The position numbers and the translations under genes were made by a program. A model generated the notes under the pieces. That model was not told the origin of the DNA, ran no database searches, and saw nothing but the letters and a program-made list of their open reading frames with translations. From Catalimonadaceae bacterium (lineage in GTDB: Bacteria; Bacteroidota; Bacteroidia; Cytophagales; Flexibacteraceae): DNA of 45,664 nt. The stretch lies in assembly GCA_036734065.1 (NCBI GenBank), contig DAIMZG010000001.1:1-45664 (forward strand), written 5' to 3'. Positions 1 through 8,740 of this stretch are shown piece by piece (position 1 is the stretch's first letter; each line of letters starts with the position of its first letter).

Positions 1-617
1 ACTGCGCCGACGACCTGGCCTTCCTCGACCAACGGGCGGCCGAAGAGGACAAGGCCCGGCCACAGGCCGAGCGCCACGAGATGGGCCTGCTCGATCGGCT
101 GCGGTTCGTCATCGAGAACCCCTTCGTGCGCCTGACCTACACCGAGGCCATTGATATCCTGCGGGCCTCGCAGCCCAACCGGAAGAAGAAATTCAAGTAC
201 GTCATCGAAAACTGGGGGGCCGACCTGCAGTCGGAGCACGAGCGCTACTTGGTGGAAAAGCACTTCCGCAGCCCCGTCATCCTGACGGACTACCCCAAAG
301 AGATCAAGGCATTTTACATGAAGCTCAGCGCCGACGGCCGCACCGTACGGGCCATGGACGTACTTTTTCCGGGCATCGGCGAGATCATCGGCGGCTCGCA
401 GCGCGAAGAAGACCACGATACCCTGCTGGCACGCATCCGCGAAGTGGGCGTGCGCGAAGCCGAACTTTGGTGGTACCTCGACACGCGCCGCTTCGGCACG
501 GTGCCGCACAGCGGTTTTGGGCTGGGCTTCGAGCGGTTGCTGCAATTTGTGACGGGCATGGGCAACATCCGCGACGTAATCCCCTTCCCGCGCGCCCCGC
601 AAAGTGCCGAGTTCTAG
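1..617 (+). CDS. asnS: asparagine--tRNA ligase, C-terminal part (5' end lies outside the window)
   Basis: The frame is open from the window edge (frame 3) to TAG 615-617. The translation carries the class II aaRS C-terminal core ([22 protein letters not shown]) in the arrangement typical of AsnRS. Confidence 0.9.
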   Translation, partial: CADDLAFLDQRAAEEDKARPQAERHEMGLLDRLRFVIENPFVRLTYTEAIDILRASQPNRKKKFKYVIENWGADLQSEHERYLVEKHFRSPVILTDYPKEIKAFYMKLSADGRTVRAMDVLFPGIGEIIGGSQREEDHDTLLARIREVGVREAELWWYLDTRRFGTVPHSGFGLGFERLLQFVTGMGNIRDVIPFPRAPQSAEF

Positions 618-1267
618 TTGCGGCGGTCTTTGCGTTTGAGGTCGCCACGCTTGACAGACTCAATAAACCGCGCCCAGGCGAAGGGATCGAGCAACCGGAT
701 GGTGGGCTGGAAATAGCGGGCCTCGGTGCGCACGTGCTGCTGCATCATGAAATTGGCGTGATTGGCACTGGCACTCATCCCCATCTCTTCGAACATACGG
801 GATAGAATGGCTTCGTCGAGGTTGCGGCGGGCATTGGCCAGTTCGCGTTCTTCGGGTAGTTCCAAGGCCAGAAAAGCCTCTTTAAACTCTTTTTCCGTCC
901 CGAAGGGCAGCAGCTCTACGGTGGGCAGCAGCAGCGTGTCTTCCTCCAGATAGATCACCACCGAAACGCCCTGCTCATCGGTGGGCAGCAAGTAGTATTG
1001 CCTTTTGTAGCCCACGGCACTGATGACGACGCTGTCGCCCGCGGCCAGGGCCATCGAAAAATAGCCGTAGGGATTGGAGTAGGTGCCGCGCCCGCTTTTG
1101 GGTACGTAGAGGTGTACGCCCTGCACGCCGTAGGACTCTTCGCCGCTGACCACCAGCCCCGAAAACTGCAAGATGGTGCGCCGCACGGGTTCGGTCTGGG
1201 CCGTTGCCGTCCGGGCCGACCACAGACCAAAGATCAGGAACAGACCAAAAAGTGCAAAATTTCTCAA
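614..1267 (-). CDS. secreted carboxypeptidase-regulatory-like (beta-sandwich) domain protein, function unknown
   Basis: Track ORF is 614-1288. An in-frame TTG at 1265-1267 gives a signal-peptide-like start, [24 protein letters not shown]. The segment [52 protein letters not shown] fits the CarboxypepD_reg pattern. The start was placed downstream of the promoter motif at 1286-1316. Confidence 0.6.
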   Translation of the reverse strand: MRNFALFGLFLIFGLWSARTATAQTEPVRRTILQFSGLVVSGEESYGVQGVHLYVPKSGRGTYSNPYGYFSMALAAGDSVVISAVGYKRQYYLLPTDEQGVSVVIYLEEDTLLLPTVELLPFGTEKEFKEAFLALELPEERELANARRNLDEAILSRMFEEMGMSASANHANFMMQQHVRTEARYFQPTIRLLDPFAWARFIESVKRGDLKRKDRRN

Positions 1268-1285
1268 GGTTGGCTCGGTTATGAC

Positions 1286-1316
1286 CAAAGATAGATGCCC
1301 TTGGAAGGATTTCCAA
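1286..1316 (-). promoter_or_regulatory. Bacteroidetes-type sigma-A promoter (TTG-N20-TATCTTTG)
   Basis: On the minus strand, TTG is at 1316-1314, followed by a 20-nt spacer and TATCTTTG at 1293-1286. This matches the -33 TTG / -7 TAnnTTTG consensus. Confidence 0.55.
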
Positions 1317-1426
1317 TTTCGCCGATAACGATTTAGGCGTGCGGTTTTTTGTATTATCTACGTAATATTCTTATCATGCTTGTACAGGAAATCATCCCGT
1401 ATCATGCTCATTCCACCACTCGCACA

Positions 1427-1816
1427 ATGAGGCTAAAACATTTCAATCTTGAGTTCGGCGTCCAGGTATTCAAAGCCTTCAGCGACGAATCGCGCGTCCG
1501 GATCATCAACCTGCTCTACCACAATCGGGAGATGTGCATCTCTGACCTGGAACTTGTACTCGAATTTACCCAAACCAAAACGTCGCGGCACCTGATCTAC
1601 CTCAAAAATGCGGGGCTTTCGGTGTCTCGCAAAGTAGATCAGTGGGTGTATTATTCGCTCAAGGAAGAAGCTCTCGAACTTATCTACAGCTTGTTGCAAT
1701 ATTTGGAAAAAGATCATTCCCTGCAACAAGATCGCGAAACCTACCGCATCCTGTACTCCAATCGGGAGTTGGCGGTCAACAAATTGCCGCGACACGCCGT
1801 GACGGCTCGTTCGTAA
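1427..1816 (+). CDS. ArsR/SmtB-family winged-helix transcriptional regulator
   Basis: FKAFSDESRVRIINLL..EMCISDLELVLEFTQTKTSRHLIYLKNAGLSVSRKVDQWVYYSL is a typical ArsR HTH core. The ORF is open from 1349. The ATG at 1427 gives the family-typical length, and ATG 1376 is an alternative. Confidence 0.8.
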   Translation: MRLKHFNLEFGVQVFKAFSDESRVRIINLLYHNREMCISDLELVLEFTQTKTSRHLIYLKNAGLSVSRKVDQWVYYSLKEEALELIYSLLQYLEKDHSLQQDRETYRILYSNRELAVNKLPRHAVTARS

Positions 1817-1864
1817 CCCCAAATCGTCGCGCGTGCGTACTTACGTCGGATCATTCCTGTTGTC

Positions 1865-2563
1865 ATGCCGCGCCCGTACCAGCACCTTTTCTTCGACCTG
1901 GACCATACCCTCTGGGATTTTGAACGCAACTCGGCCGAAACGCTCGCCGAATTGTACGACGAATATGAGCTGTGCGCCTTGGGCGTGTCGGACCTGAACA
2001 GTTTTCTCGATTCGTACTGCGAAATAAATCGGCTGGTGTGGCACTGGTACGACCACGACCAGATCACCCGCGATGAACTGCGGGATATCCGTTTTCGGAT
2101 GGTGCTCGAGAAGGTGTGTACTTTCCCGCCGGATTTGCCCCTGCACTTGGGCGAGGCCTATTTGCAGCGATGTCCGCACAAAATCCACGTGATGCCCCAT
2201 ACGCACGAGGTGCTCGGCGCCCTGCGGGAGCGCTATACGTTACACGTACTCACCAACGGCTTCAACGAAACGCAGGCCATCAAGCTGCGGGCCACGGGGC
2301 TGGACGTGTACTTCGATGAAGTCGTGACGGCCGAACGCGCCGGGGCTAAAAAGCCGCACTACCCCTTCTTTCGCTTTGCCCTCGACTGTACGGCCGCCAA
2401 GGCCGAGCACTGCCTGATGATCGGCGACAACCTCGACGCCGACATGGGCGGCGCCCGGAGCGCCAACATTGACACGGCCTACTTCAACCCGCCCCGCCAA
2501 CCGCACCGGGCCGAGGTGACCTACGAAGTGGCTTGCTTGCGCGAACTGCTGACCTTTCTCTGA
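1865..2563 (+). CDS. HAD-superfamily hydrolase (YjjG-like nucleotidase subfamily)
   Basis: HAD motif I is present (FFDLDHTLWDF), with motif II LTNG and the C-terminal motif GDNLDADMGGA. ATG start at 1865. Confidence 0.8.
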   Translation: MPRPYQHLFFDLDHTLWDFERNSAETLAELYDEYELCALGVSDLNSFLDSYCEINRLVWHWYDHDQITRDELRDIRFRMVLEKVCTFPPDLPLHLGEAYLQRCPHKIHVMPHTHEVLGALRERYTLHVLTNGFNETQAIKLRATGLDVYFDEVVTAERAGAKKPHYPFFRFALDCTAAKAEHCLMIGDNLDADMGGARSANIDTAYFNPPRQPHRAEVTYEVACLRELLTFL

Positions 2564-3835
2564 GTGGATGCCCACATTCCCCTGGCCGAGCGCCTTCGGC
2601 CGCGCACCCTCGACCGGTACGTAGGCCAGTCGCACCTGGTAGGGCCGGGTCGCCCTTTGCGCCGCCTGCTCGAAGCCGGGCTGGTGCCCTCGCTGATCTT
2701 GTGGGGCCCGCCGGGCGTGGGTAAAACCACGCTGGCCCAGGTGATGGCCCAGCAGGTACGCCTGCCGTTCCGGACGCTGAGCGCCGTCAGTGCGGGCGTG
2801 CGCGAAGTACGCGAGGTGATCGAACTGGCCCGCCGCCAGGGCAAGACGGTGCTTTTCATTGACGAGATTCACCGCTTCCACAAGGGACAGCAAGACGCCC
2901 TGCTGGGGGCTGTCGAAAAGGGCTGGATCACGCTGGTGGGGGCTACGACCGAAAATCCTTCCTTCGAACTCAACGCGGCCTTGCTCTCGCGTTGTCAGGT
3001 GTTTCGGCTGCAGCCGCTGGCCGACGACGACCTGCTGGCCCTGGCCCGCCACGCGCTGACCGCCCCCGAAGGACTGGCCCACGTGAACGTAGAACTGGCC
3101 GAGTCGGCGGCCCTGCTGCGCCACGCCGACGGCGACGCCCGTCGGCTGCTCAACCTGCTGGAACTGGCCGCCGACGCCCTGGCCGATAGCCCCTCGCCCC
3201 GCCAGCTCGACGATGCGCTGGTGGCTGCCGTCACCCAACGCCCGCCCCGGCACTACGACCGCCAGGGCGAACAGCACTACGACATCACGTCGGCCTTTAT
3301 CAAGTCTATTCGGGGCAGCGATCCGCACGCGGCAATCTACTGGCTGGCCCGGATGATCGAGGGCGGCGAAGACGCCAAATTCATTGCGCGGCGCATGCTG
3401 ATTCTGGCGGCCGAAGACATCGGCAATGCCAACCCCACGGCGCTCGTGATGGCCAACAACTGCTTTCAGGCCGTGCAGGCGGTGGGCTTTCCCGAAGCAG
3501 ACATTATTCTCTCGCAGGTGGTGATCTACCTGGCCCTTTCGCCCAAGAGCAATTCGGCCTACCGGGCCATTCGCGACACCCGCCAGCGGGTGCGCGACAC
3601 GGGCGATTTGCCCGTGCCGCTGGCCCTGCGCAACGCCCCCACCCGCCTGATGCGCCAGGAGGGCTACGGGCAGGGCTATCGCTATGCGCACGAGTATCCG
3701 GGCAACTTTGTCCGACAAAACTTCCTGCCCGACGCGCTGCGGGGCACCCGGTTCTACGAACCGGCCGACAACCCGCGCGAACGAGAATTTGCCGCCCGGC
3801 TGGCCGCGCTTTGGAAGGAGCATTACGGGTACTAA
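2564..3835 (+). CDS. rarA: replication-associated recombination protein A (AAA+ ATPase)
   Basis: N-terminus is PLAERLRPRTLDRYVGQ, Walker A is GPPGVGKTT, Walker B is LFIDEIHRF, and the MgsA C-terminal region is AIYWLARMIEGGEDAKFIARRM. The GTG start directly abuts the HAD stop codon. Confidence 0.93.
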   Translation: MDAHIPLAERLRPRTLDRYVGQSHLVGPGRPLRRLLEAGLVPSLILWGPPGVGKTTLAQVMAQQVRLPFRTLSAVSAGVREVREVIELARRQGKTVLFIDEIHRFHKGQQDALLGAVEKGWITLVGATTENPSFELNAALLSRCQVFRLQPLADDDLLALARHALTAPEGLAHVNVELAESAALLRHADGDARRLLNLLELAADALADSPSPRQLDDALVAAVTQRPPRHYDRQGEQHYDITSAFIKSIRGSDPHAAIYWLARMIEGGEDAKFIARRMLILAAEDIGNANPTALVMANNCFQAVQAVGFPEADIILSQVVIYLALSPKSNSAYRAIRDTRQRVRDTGDLPVPLALRNAPTRLMRQEGYGQGYRYAHEYPGNFVRQNFLPDALRGTRFYEPADNPREREFAARLAALWKEHYGY

Positions 3836-3841
3836 CGAAAA

Positions 3842-3867
3842 AACCCTTCGGGACAGGCCGAAGGGTT
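3842..3867 (+). terminator. hairpin terminator after rarA
   Basis: A 10-bp stem, aacccttcgg (3842-3851) paired with ccgaagggtt (3858-3867), encloses a 6-nt loop. TTCTT follows on the plus strand and an A-run precedes it. Confidence 0.6.
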
Positions 3868-3879
3868 CTTGAGAAGGAG

Positions 3880-3901
3880 GAAAGCGCCGTAATCGGCTTT
3901 C
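3880..3901 (-). terminator. possible hairpin terminator after the lipoprotein gene
   Basis: The minus strand reads GAAAGCCGATTACGGCGCTTTC directly after the stop at 3902-3904. The stem is imperfect and is followed by a U/C-rich tract rather than a clean U-run. Confidence 0.35.
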
Positions 3902-4219
3902 TTATTTATTGGCTTGCATGTTGGCCGCGCCGTCGGCGGCGGCTTCCTGTTTCGCTTCGTTAGTGGTATAATCTTCAAAGCCAGGAAAACCTCCGTAGAG
4001 TTTCACCTTGATATCCGCTACGCGGGCATTGAGGTCGTCGGGTACGTCGTACTGATTTTTAGACTGACGCGCCGGCCCGCCTACATCTCCGTACACACGC
4101 TCATTTTTGGCTTTTTCGTCTTCGGTGAGCGGCTCGGTGTAATTGTATTTGCCGCAGGCCACCAGGCTCATCCCTAAAACAAGCACCAGCCCAACGCGGC
4201 CAAGAGAAGTAATATTCAT
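3902..4219 (-). CDS. small lipoprotein, function unknown
   Basis: Signal peptide with a lipobox (LGMSLVAC) followed by a charged, low-complexity mature part. I recognise no family. Confidence 0.65.
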   Translation of the reverse strand: MNITSLGRVGLVLVLGMSLVACGKYNYTEPLTEDEKAKNERVYGDVGGPARQSKNQYDVPDDLNARVADIKVKLYGGFPGFEDYTTNEAKQEAAADGAANMQANK

Positions 4220-4247
4220 AGTTCAGATATTTAACGCGTTTGTCCGA

Positions 4248-4255
4248 CAAAGATA
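4248..4255 (-). promoter_or_regulatory. candidate -7 promoter box TATCTTTG for the lipoprotein gene
   Basis: An exact TAnnTTTG octamer lies about 29 nt upstream of ATG 4219. There is no clean TTG at the -33 position (only GGTTT). Confidence 0.4.
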
Positions 4256-4383
4256 CGTGTCCAGAGTCAGTAAACCATGACTTTTGTCGGGCAGATGCCC
4301 ATACTTTCTTGTGCCTGCCAAGCCCGAACTTTTCGGATATTGCACTTGTAACCAAGACCCTACCCACCACTACCACCGCCATT

Positions 4384-5367
4384 TTGCCTTCCAACAACCG
4401 CCGGATACTGGTCGCCTTTACCGTCAGCCTGGGCCTGATGGCGCTCAAGTTTGTGGCCTACTGGCTAACGGGCTCCCGCGCCATCCTGACCGACGCCCTC
4501 GAGTCTATCATCAACGTGGTGGCGGGCGGCTTTGCCTTCTACAGCACCTATTTGTCGGGGCTACCCAAAGACCGCAACCATCCTTACGGCCACGGCAAGA
4601 TCGAATTTTTTTCGGCGGGGCTGGAAGGTGTCCTGATTATGCTGGCGGGCCTTTTCATCGTTTACCGGGTGGTTTACGACTGGCAAACGCCCGCCGAACT
4701 CGACAACCTCACGGGAGGCACCTTGCTGGTTCTGGTTTCGACGCTGGCCAACGCAGCCCTGGGCCACTGGCTCATTACCTGGGGGCGGCGCACCCGCTCG
4801 CCCGCTTTGCTGGCCGATGGCCGCCACCTACTGCTCGACGGACTCAGCAGCGCCGTCCTTTTGATCGGGCTGGTGCTGATTTTGCTGACGGGCTACGTCT
4901 GGCTCGACGCCTTTTTGGCCATGGGCCTGGCGGGCTTCATCTTCTACAGCGGCTATCGGTTGCTGCGCCAGTCGGTGTCGGGCCTGATGGACGAAGCCGA
5001 CGAAAAGGTGCTGGAAGACTTGCAAATGGCGCTGCTGGCAGCCCGCCGCGACGGCTGGATTGACATTCACAACCTGCGCGTACAACGCTACGGGGCCGAC
5101 CTGCATATTGACTGCCACCTGACCCTACCTTACTACTGGCACCTTGAAGCTACGCACAACGAAGTCAAGCGCCTGGAAGAGGTGCTGCAAACGCCCTTTG
5201 CTCAAGAGGTCGAGATTTTCGTACACGCCGATCCGTGCGAGACGGCCTGTTGCGCCCATTGCCGATTGGCCCGGTGTCCGGTGCGGCAACACCCCTATAC
5301 GGCCGAAGTGGACTGGTCGCTCGACAACCTGTATCGCAACCGCAAGCACTACCACGCCCTGACCTGA
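4384..5367 (+). CDS. cation diffusion facilitator (CDF) family metal efflux transporter
   Basis: TM1-2 has ILTDALESIINV, followed by HPYGHGKIEFFSAG and a C-terminal cytoplasmic domain. The ORF is open from ATG 4240. The in-frame TTG at 4384 gives the family-typical short N-terminus (MPSNNRRILVAF..) and leaves room for the divergent promoter region. Confidence 0.8.
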   Translation: MPSNNRRILVAFTVSLGLMALKFVAYWLTGSRAILTDALESIINVVAGGFAFYSTYLSGLPKDRNHPYGHGKIEFFSAGLEGVLIMLAGLFIVYRVVYDWQTPAELDNLTGGTLLVLVSTLANAALGHWLITWGRRTRSPALLADGRHLLLDGLSSAVLLIGLVLILLTGYVWLDAFLAMGLAGFIFYSGYRLLRQSVSGLMDEADEKVLEDLQMALLAARRDGWIDIHNLRVQRYGADLHIDCHLTLPYYWHLEATHNEVKRLEEVLQTPFAQEVEIFVHADPCETACCAHCRLARCPVRQHPYTAEVDWSLDNLYRNRKHYHALT

Positions 5368-5371
5368 ACGC

Positions 5372-5403
5372 AAAACACCCCGGCAGCCAAAGCCACCGGG
5401 GTG
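5372..5403 (-). terminator. rho-independent terminator after recA (sits between the convergent CDF gene and recA)
   Basis: An 8-bp GC-rich stem, caccccgg (5376-5383) paired with ccggggtg (5396-5403), is followed by a U-run on the minus strand (plus-strand aaaa at 5372-5375). Confidence 0.65.
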
Positions 5404-5429
5404 CAAAAGGAGATTAAAGGTACGCCGGA

Positions 5430-6503
5430 CTATTCGAGCGAATCCACCGGGTCTTCGACGTCGTCGGCAACGGGGGTATCACGGAAAACGTCCGAGCCAC
5501 TGGCTTCACGCGCCTTTTCACGGATGCGCTTTTCGATGGTGTCCATCAGTTCGGGATTGTCGAGCAGCATTTGCTTGACGGCTTCGCGGCCCTGGCCGAG
5601 TTTGCTGCCTTCGTAAGAAAACCAGGAACCCGACTTTTTGACGATCTCAAACTCCACGCCCAGGTCAATGATCTCGCCTACTTTGGAGATGCCTTGGCCG
5701 TACATGATGTCGAACTCGACTTTCTTGAAGGGCGGAGCCACTTTGTTTTTCACCACCTTGACGCGCGTGCGGTTGCCGGTGATGTTGTCGGCGCCTTCTT
5801 TAATCTGCCCGATCCGGCGGATGTCGAGGCGGACGGAGGCGTAGAACTTGAGCGCATTGCCACCCGTGGTCGTTTCAGGGTTGCCGAACATGACGCCAAT
5901 TTTCTCGCGCAATTGGTTGATGAACACGCAGCAGCAGCCCGTTTTGTTGATGGCTCCCGTGAGTTTACGCAGCGCTTGCGACATTAGGCGGGCCTGCAAG
6001 CCCATTTTGCTCTCGCCCATGTCGCCTTCCAACTCGCCTTTGGGCACCAGGGCCGCCACCGAGTCAATGACGACAATGTCAATGGCACCCGAGCGGATGA
6101 GGTGCTCAGCGATTTCGAGGGCCTGCTCGCCGTTGTCGGGCTGCGAGATGATCAGATTTTCGGTATCAATACCCAAATTCTCAGCGTAGGTGCGGTCGAA
6201 GGCGTGCTCGGCATCTACGAACGCCGCCATTCCACCCGCTTTCTGGGCCTCGGCGATGCAATGGAGCGTCAGGGTAGTTTTCCCGGAAGATTCGGGGCCG
6301 TATATCTCTACCACACGACCACGCGGCAACCCTCCCACACCCAGGGCAATGTCCAGCCCCAAAGAGCCAGTAGAAATGGCCGGTACGTCCACTACCGGAT
6401 TATCACTCAATCGCATCACGGTGCCCTTTCCGTACAATTTGTCCAGGCGGTCCATGGTCAGCTTGAGTGCTTTGAGTTTTTCGGTATTCGCATTATCAGC
6501 CAT
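5430..6503 (-). CDS. recA: recombinase RecA
   Basis: Full-length RecA with Walker [26 protein letters not shown] and the L2 region [37 protein letters not shown]. Confidence 0.98.
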   Translation of the reverse strand: MADNANTEKLKALKLTMDRLDKLYGKGTVMRLSDNPVVDVPAISTGSLGLDIALGVGGLPRGRVVEIYGPESSGKTTLTLHCIAEAQKAGGMAAFVDAEHAFDRTYAENLGIDTENLIISQPDNGEQALEIAEHLIRSGAIDIVVIDSVAALVPKGELEGDMGESKMGLQARLMSQALRKLTGAINKTGCCCVFINQLREKIGVMFGNPETTTGGNALKFYASVRLDIRRIGQIKEGADNITGNRTRVKVVKNKVAPPFKKVEFDIMYGQGISKVGEIIDLGVEFEIVKKSGSWFSYEGSKLGQGREAVKQMLLDNPELMDTIEKRIREKAREASGSDVFRDTPVADDVEDPVDSLE

Positions 6504-6533
6504 ACGTATTGTTGTGTTCAGTAAGAAATCTTA

Positions 6534-6564
6534 TAAAATTACAAATCTTGGTTCGTATTCGCAA
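6534..6564 (-). promoter_or_regulatory. candidate recA promoter (TTG-N20-TAATTTTA)
   Basis: On the minus strand, TTG is at 6564-6562, followed by a 20-nt spacer and TAATTTTA at 6541-6534. The -7 box has one mismatch to TAnnTTTG. It ends about 30 nt upstream of ATG 6503. Confidence 0.5.
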
Positions 6565-6577
6565 GCCTTGGTTCGTA
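6547..6577. repeat. exact 11-bp direct repeat cttggttcgta, two copies 20 bp apart
   Basis: The copies are at 6547-6557 and 6567-6577, reading TACGAACCAAG on the recA strand. They flank the putative -33 TTG. Confidence 0.9.
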
Positions 6578-6685
6578 AAAAAGCTAGGATTGTTTCGTGT
6601 TTTAATAATCAGTTTTTCTCAAAAAAACCGCCTTAATAGCTATTTAAGCCCTCCTGCGGAAAATCGCCGTCCTGCCTCGTACCGC

Positions 6686-8617
6686 CTAGCCACTCACCAC
6701 CGTACCCAATTCACGCGCAAGGTCTTTCAAGGTTTCGTCCATTTGTATGATCATCCGCAGGTGGTCTTCTATTTCTTCCGGAGGCAGTTGCTTGAGCGCC
6801 TCAACGGCCTGCGCCCGCAATTGCTGTACGGCCTTTTTTTTGAGCCGGAGCACCACCTTGTAGGCGTGGCGATCCAGAATGCCCGCGTCGGTATGGCGGG
6901 GCGTATAAATCTTGTACTGCTGCTCCCAGCCTTCGCAGAGGGCGTGCCGATCGGCCTCGGCCAGCATGTCCACCACCGTGCGCTGTACCTCCGGCACCGG
7001 ATGCCGGACAAACAACCCCGCATCGGGCACGCGCCCCCGAGCAAGTTCGTCCCGGAAAAGTGTCAGCATCTGCGCGTAGAGGGGCGTTTCGAAATGGATA
7101 TCCGATGTTTCGTCGAACAAATAGGCGTGCAAAGGATACGCCTCGGCCAACGGCAATTCGGCGTAGCTAATCAGCAACCGGATAATCTCCCGTTCTTCTT
7201 CGGCTCGGCTCACGGCCTGCGTCGCCTCGCGGGGGGGTAACGTGCTGGGCAATACCGTGGTGGCCGCGTCGGCGGCAGCTCCTTGCGCCGCCCGGTTATC
7301 GCGCCGCTGCGCCAATCGGTGCAGCCGATTGCCCTCGGCAATCAGTATGCCCTCCTCGACGTTGAGCAGTTCGCTGCACTGCTGATAGAACAAGGTGCGC
7401 TTGATCGGATCCGGAATCAGGCTAACGCTCTCGACAATGTCGCTGACCACTTCGGCTTTGCGCAACGGGTCTTGCCGGGCCGAAGCCAGCAGCAATTCGG
7501 TCTTGTAGGTGATAAAATCGCGCACCTGATCGGTCAGGTATTGCCGAAAGGCCGCCCCGCCCAGTTGGCGGGCGTAGCTGTCGGGATCCTCGCCCGTCGG
7601 AAACGTCACCACGCGCACGTTGAGCCCGGCCGCCAGCACCAGGTTGACCCCGCGCAGCGAGGCTTTTTGGCCCGCTGCGTCGCCGTCGTAGAGCATCGTA
7701 ACGTTATCGGTATAGCGTCCAATGAGCTTGATTTGCCCTTCGGTGAGGGCCGTACCCGAGGCCGCCACTACATTCTGGACGCCCACCTGGTGCAGCGAAA
7801 TTACGTCCGTATAGCCCTCGACGAGGTAACACGCGTCTTGGGCCCGGATGGCATTTTTAGCCTGAAAGATGCCATAGAGTACGTCACTCTTATGATAAAC
7901 CTCCGTCTCGGGCGAGTTGAGGTACTTGGGCTGCTTGTCGTCTTTGCGCAGCAGGCGCGCCCCAAAGCCGATGGTTTTGCCCGCCACGCTGTGAATCGGG
8001 AAAATGACCCGGCCCCGGAAGCGGTCGTAGGCTTTGCCCTCTTCTTTGACGATCGTCAGGCCGGCGGCTTCGAGTTGGTCGAGGCGATAGCCTTCTCCGA
8101 GGGCCGCGTCGGTCAGGCCGCGCCAGGCGTCGAGGCTGTAACCAAGCTGAAAGGTGGCCAGCGTGGCGTCCGAAAAGCCCCGCTCGCGGAAGTAGCTGTA
8201 GCCGTAGGCCTGGCCTTCGTCGTGGGTGTGCAGCCAGTCTTGGAAATGCTGCCGGGCGTAGTCGAGGGTGGCCAGCAGCCCCTCGCGCACCTGCCGTTGC
8301 TGCTGGACCTCGGCGTCTTGGTCGGCTTCTTCCTCGATGGCGATGTTGTACTTGCGGGCCAGGTAGCGCAGCGCCTCGGGGTAGCTGAGCGATTCGATCT
8401 CGCGCACGAACGTGATGGCGTCGCCCCCTTTGCCGCACCCAAAGCATTTGAAAAAGCCCTTTTGGGGCGAAACCGTGAAGGAAGGCGTTTTTTCGTTGTG
8501 AAACGGGCAGCAGGCCATCAGGTGACTGCCCCGCTTCTTGAGGTTGACAAAGTCGCTGATGACGTCGGCAATGTCGGTGGCCTGCTGAATCTGGGCGATG
8601 GTTTCGGCGCTGATCAT
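6686..8617 (-). CDS. dnaG: DNA primase
   Basis: Zinc ribbon CCPFHNEKTPSF..FKCFGCGKGGD, TOPRIM region EGYTDVISLHQ and DGDAAGQKA, and a C-terminal helicase-interaction region. Confidence 0.97.
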   Translation of the reverse strand: MISAETIAQIQQATDIADVISDFVNLKKRGSHLMACCPFHNEKTPSFTVSPQKGFFKCFGCGKGGDAITFVREIESLSYPEALRYLARKYNIAIEEEADQDAEVQQQRQVREGLLATLDYARQHFQDWLHTHDEGQAYGYSYFRERGFSDATLATFQLGYSLDAWRGLTDAALGEGYRLDQLEAAGLTIVKEEGKAYDRFRGRVIFPIHSVAGKTIGFGARLLRKDDKQPKYLNSPETEVYHKSDVLYGIFQAKNAIRAQDACYLVEGYTDVISLHQVGVQNVVAASGTALTEGQIKLIGRYTDNVTMLYDGDAAGQKASLRGVNLVLAAGLNVRVVTFPTGEDPDSYARQLGGAAFRQYLTDQVRDFITYKTELLLASARQDPLRKAEVVSDIVESVSLIPDPIKRTLFYQQCSELLNVEEGILIAEGNRLHRLAQRRDNRAAQGAAADAATTVLPSTLPPREATQAVSRAEEEREIIRLLISYAELPLAEAYPLHAYLFDETSDIHFETPLYAQMLTLFRDELARGRVPDAGLFVRHPVPEVQRTVVDMLAEADRHALCEGWEQQYKIYTPRHTDAGILDRHAYKVVLRLKKKAVQQLRAQAVEALKQLPPEEIEDHLRMIIQMDETLKDLARELGTVVSG

Positions 8618-8659
8618 ACGCTAAGTTGACCAGCTTTTGCGGCAAGCACAACGGAGGAC

Positions 8660-8701
8660 AAAAAAAACCCTTCCCCTGCGCTTAGCGCACGTGGGGAAGG
8701 G
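8660..8701 (-). terminator. strong rho-independent terminator after the 95-aa gene
   Basis: A 9-bp stem, cccttcccc (8668-8676) paired with ggggaaggg (8693-8701), has an inner tgcgc/gcgca helix. On the minus strand it is followed by U8 (plus-strand A-run 8660-8667). Confidence 0.8.
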
Positions 8702-8740
8702 CCGGGATATCCTCTTCTCTTTCTCCCTTATCGTTGCGGA

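Noticed and set aside
2240-3823. A 527-aa ORF antisense to rarA and the end of the HAD gene.
   Set aside because: It lies exactly opposite a confidently identified AAA+ gene. The translation is Gly/Arg/Ala/Val-rich with no motif, which is typical of stop-poor antisense frames in high-GC DNA.
5928-5936. Three consecutive identical Cys codons (TGC TGC TGC) in RecA, at GCCCVFINQ.
   Set aside because: They lie in a buried beta-strand just before the conserved FINQ motif, where I recall other Bacteroidota RecA proteins also carrying Cys residues. This is probably lineage-typical rather than functional novelty, and it cannot be assessed without an alignment.
7283-8629. A 448-aa ORF antisense to dnaG. 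The 243-aa ORF at 6509-7240 and the 253-aa ORF at 7890-8651 are similar cases.
   Set aside because: These are shadow frames of the primase gene. They have low-complexity Arg/Gly/Ala-rich translations and no independent signals.
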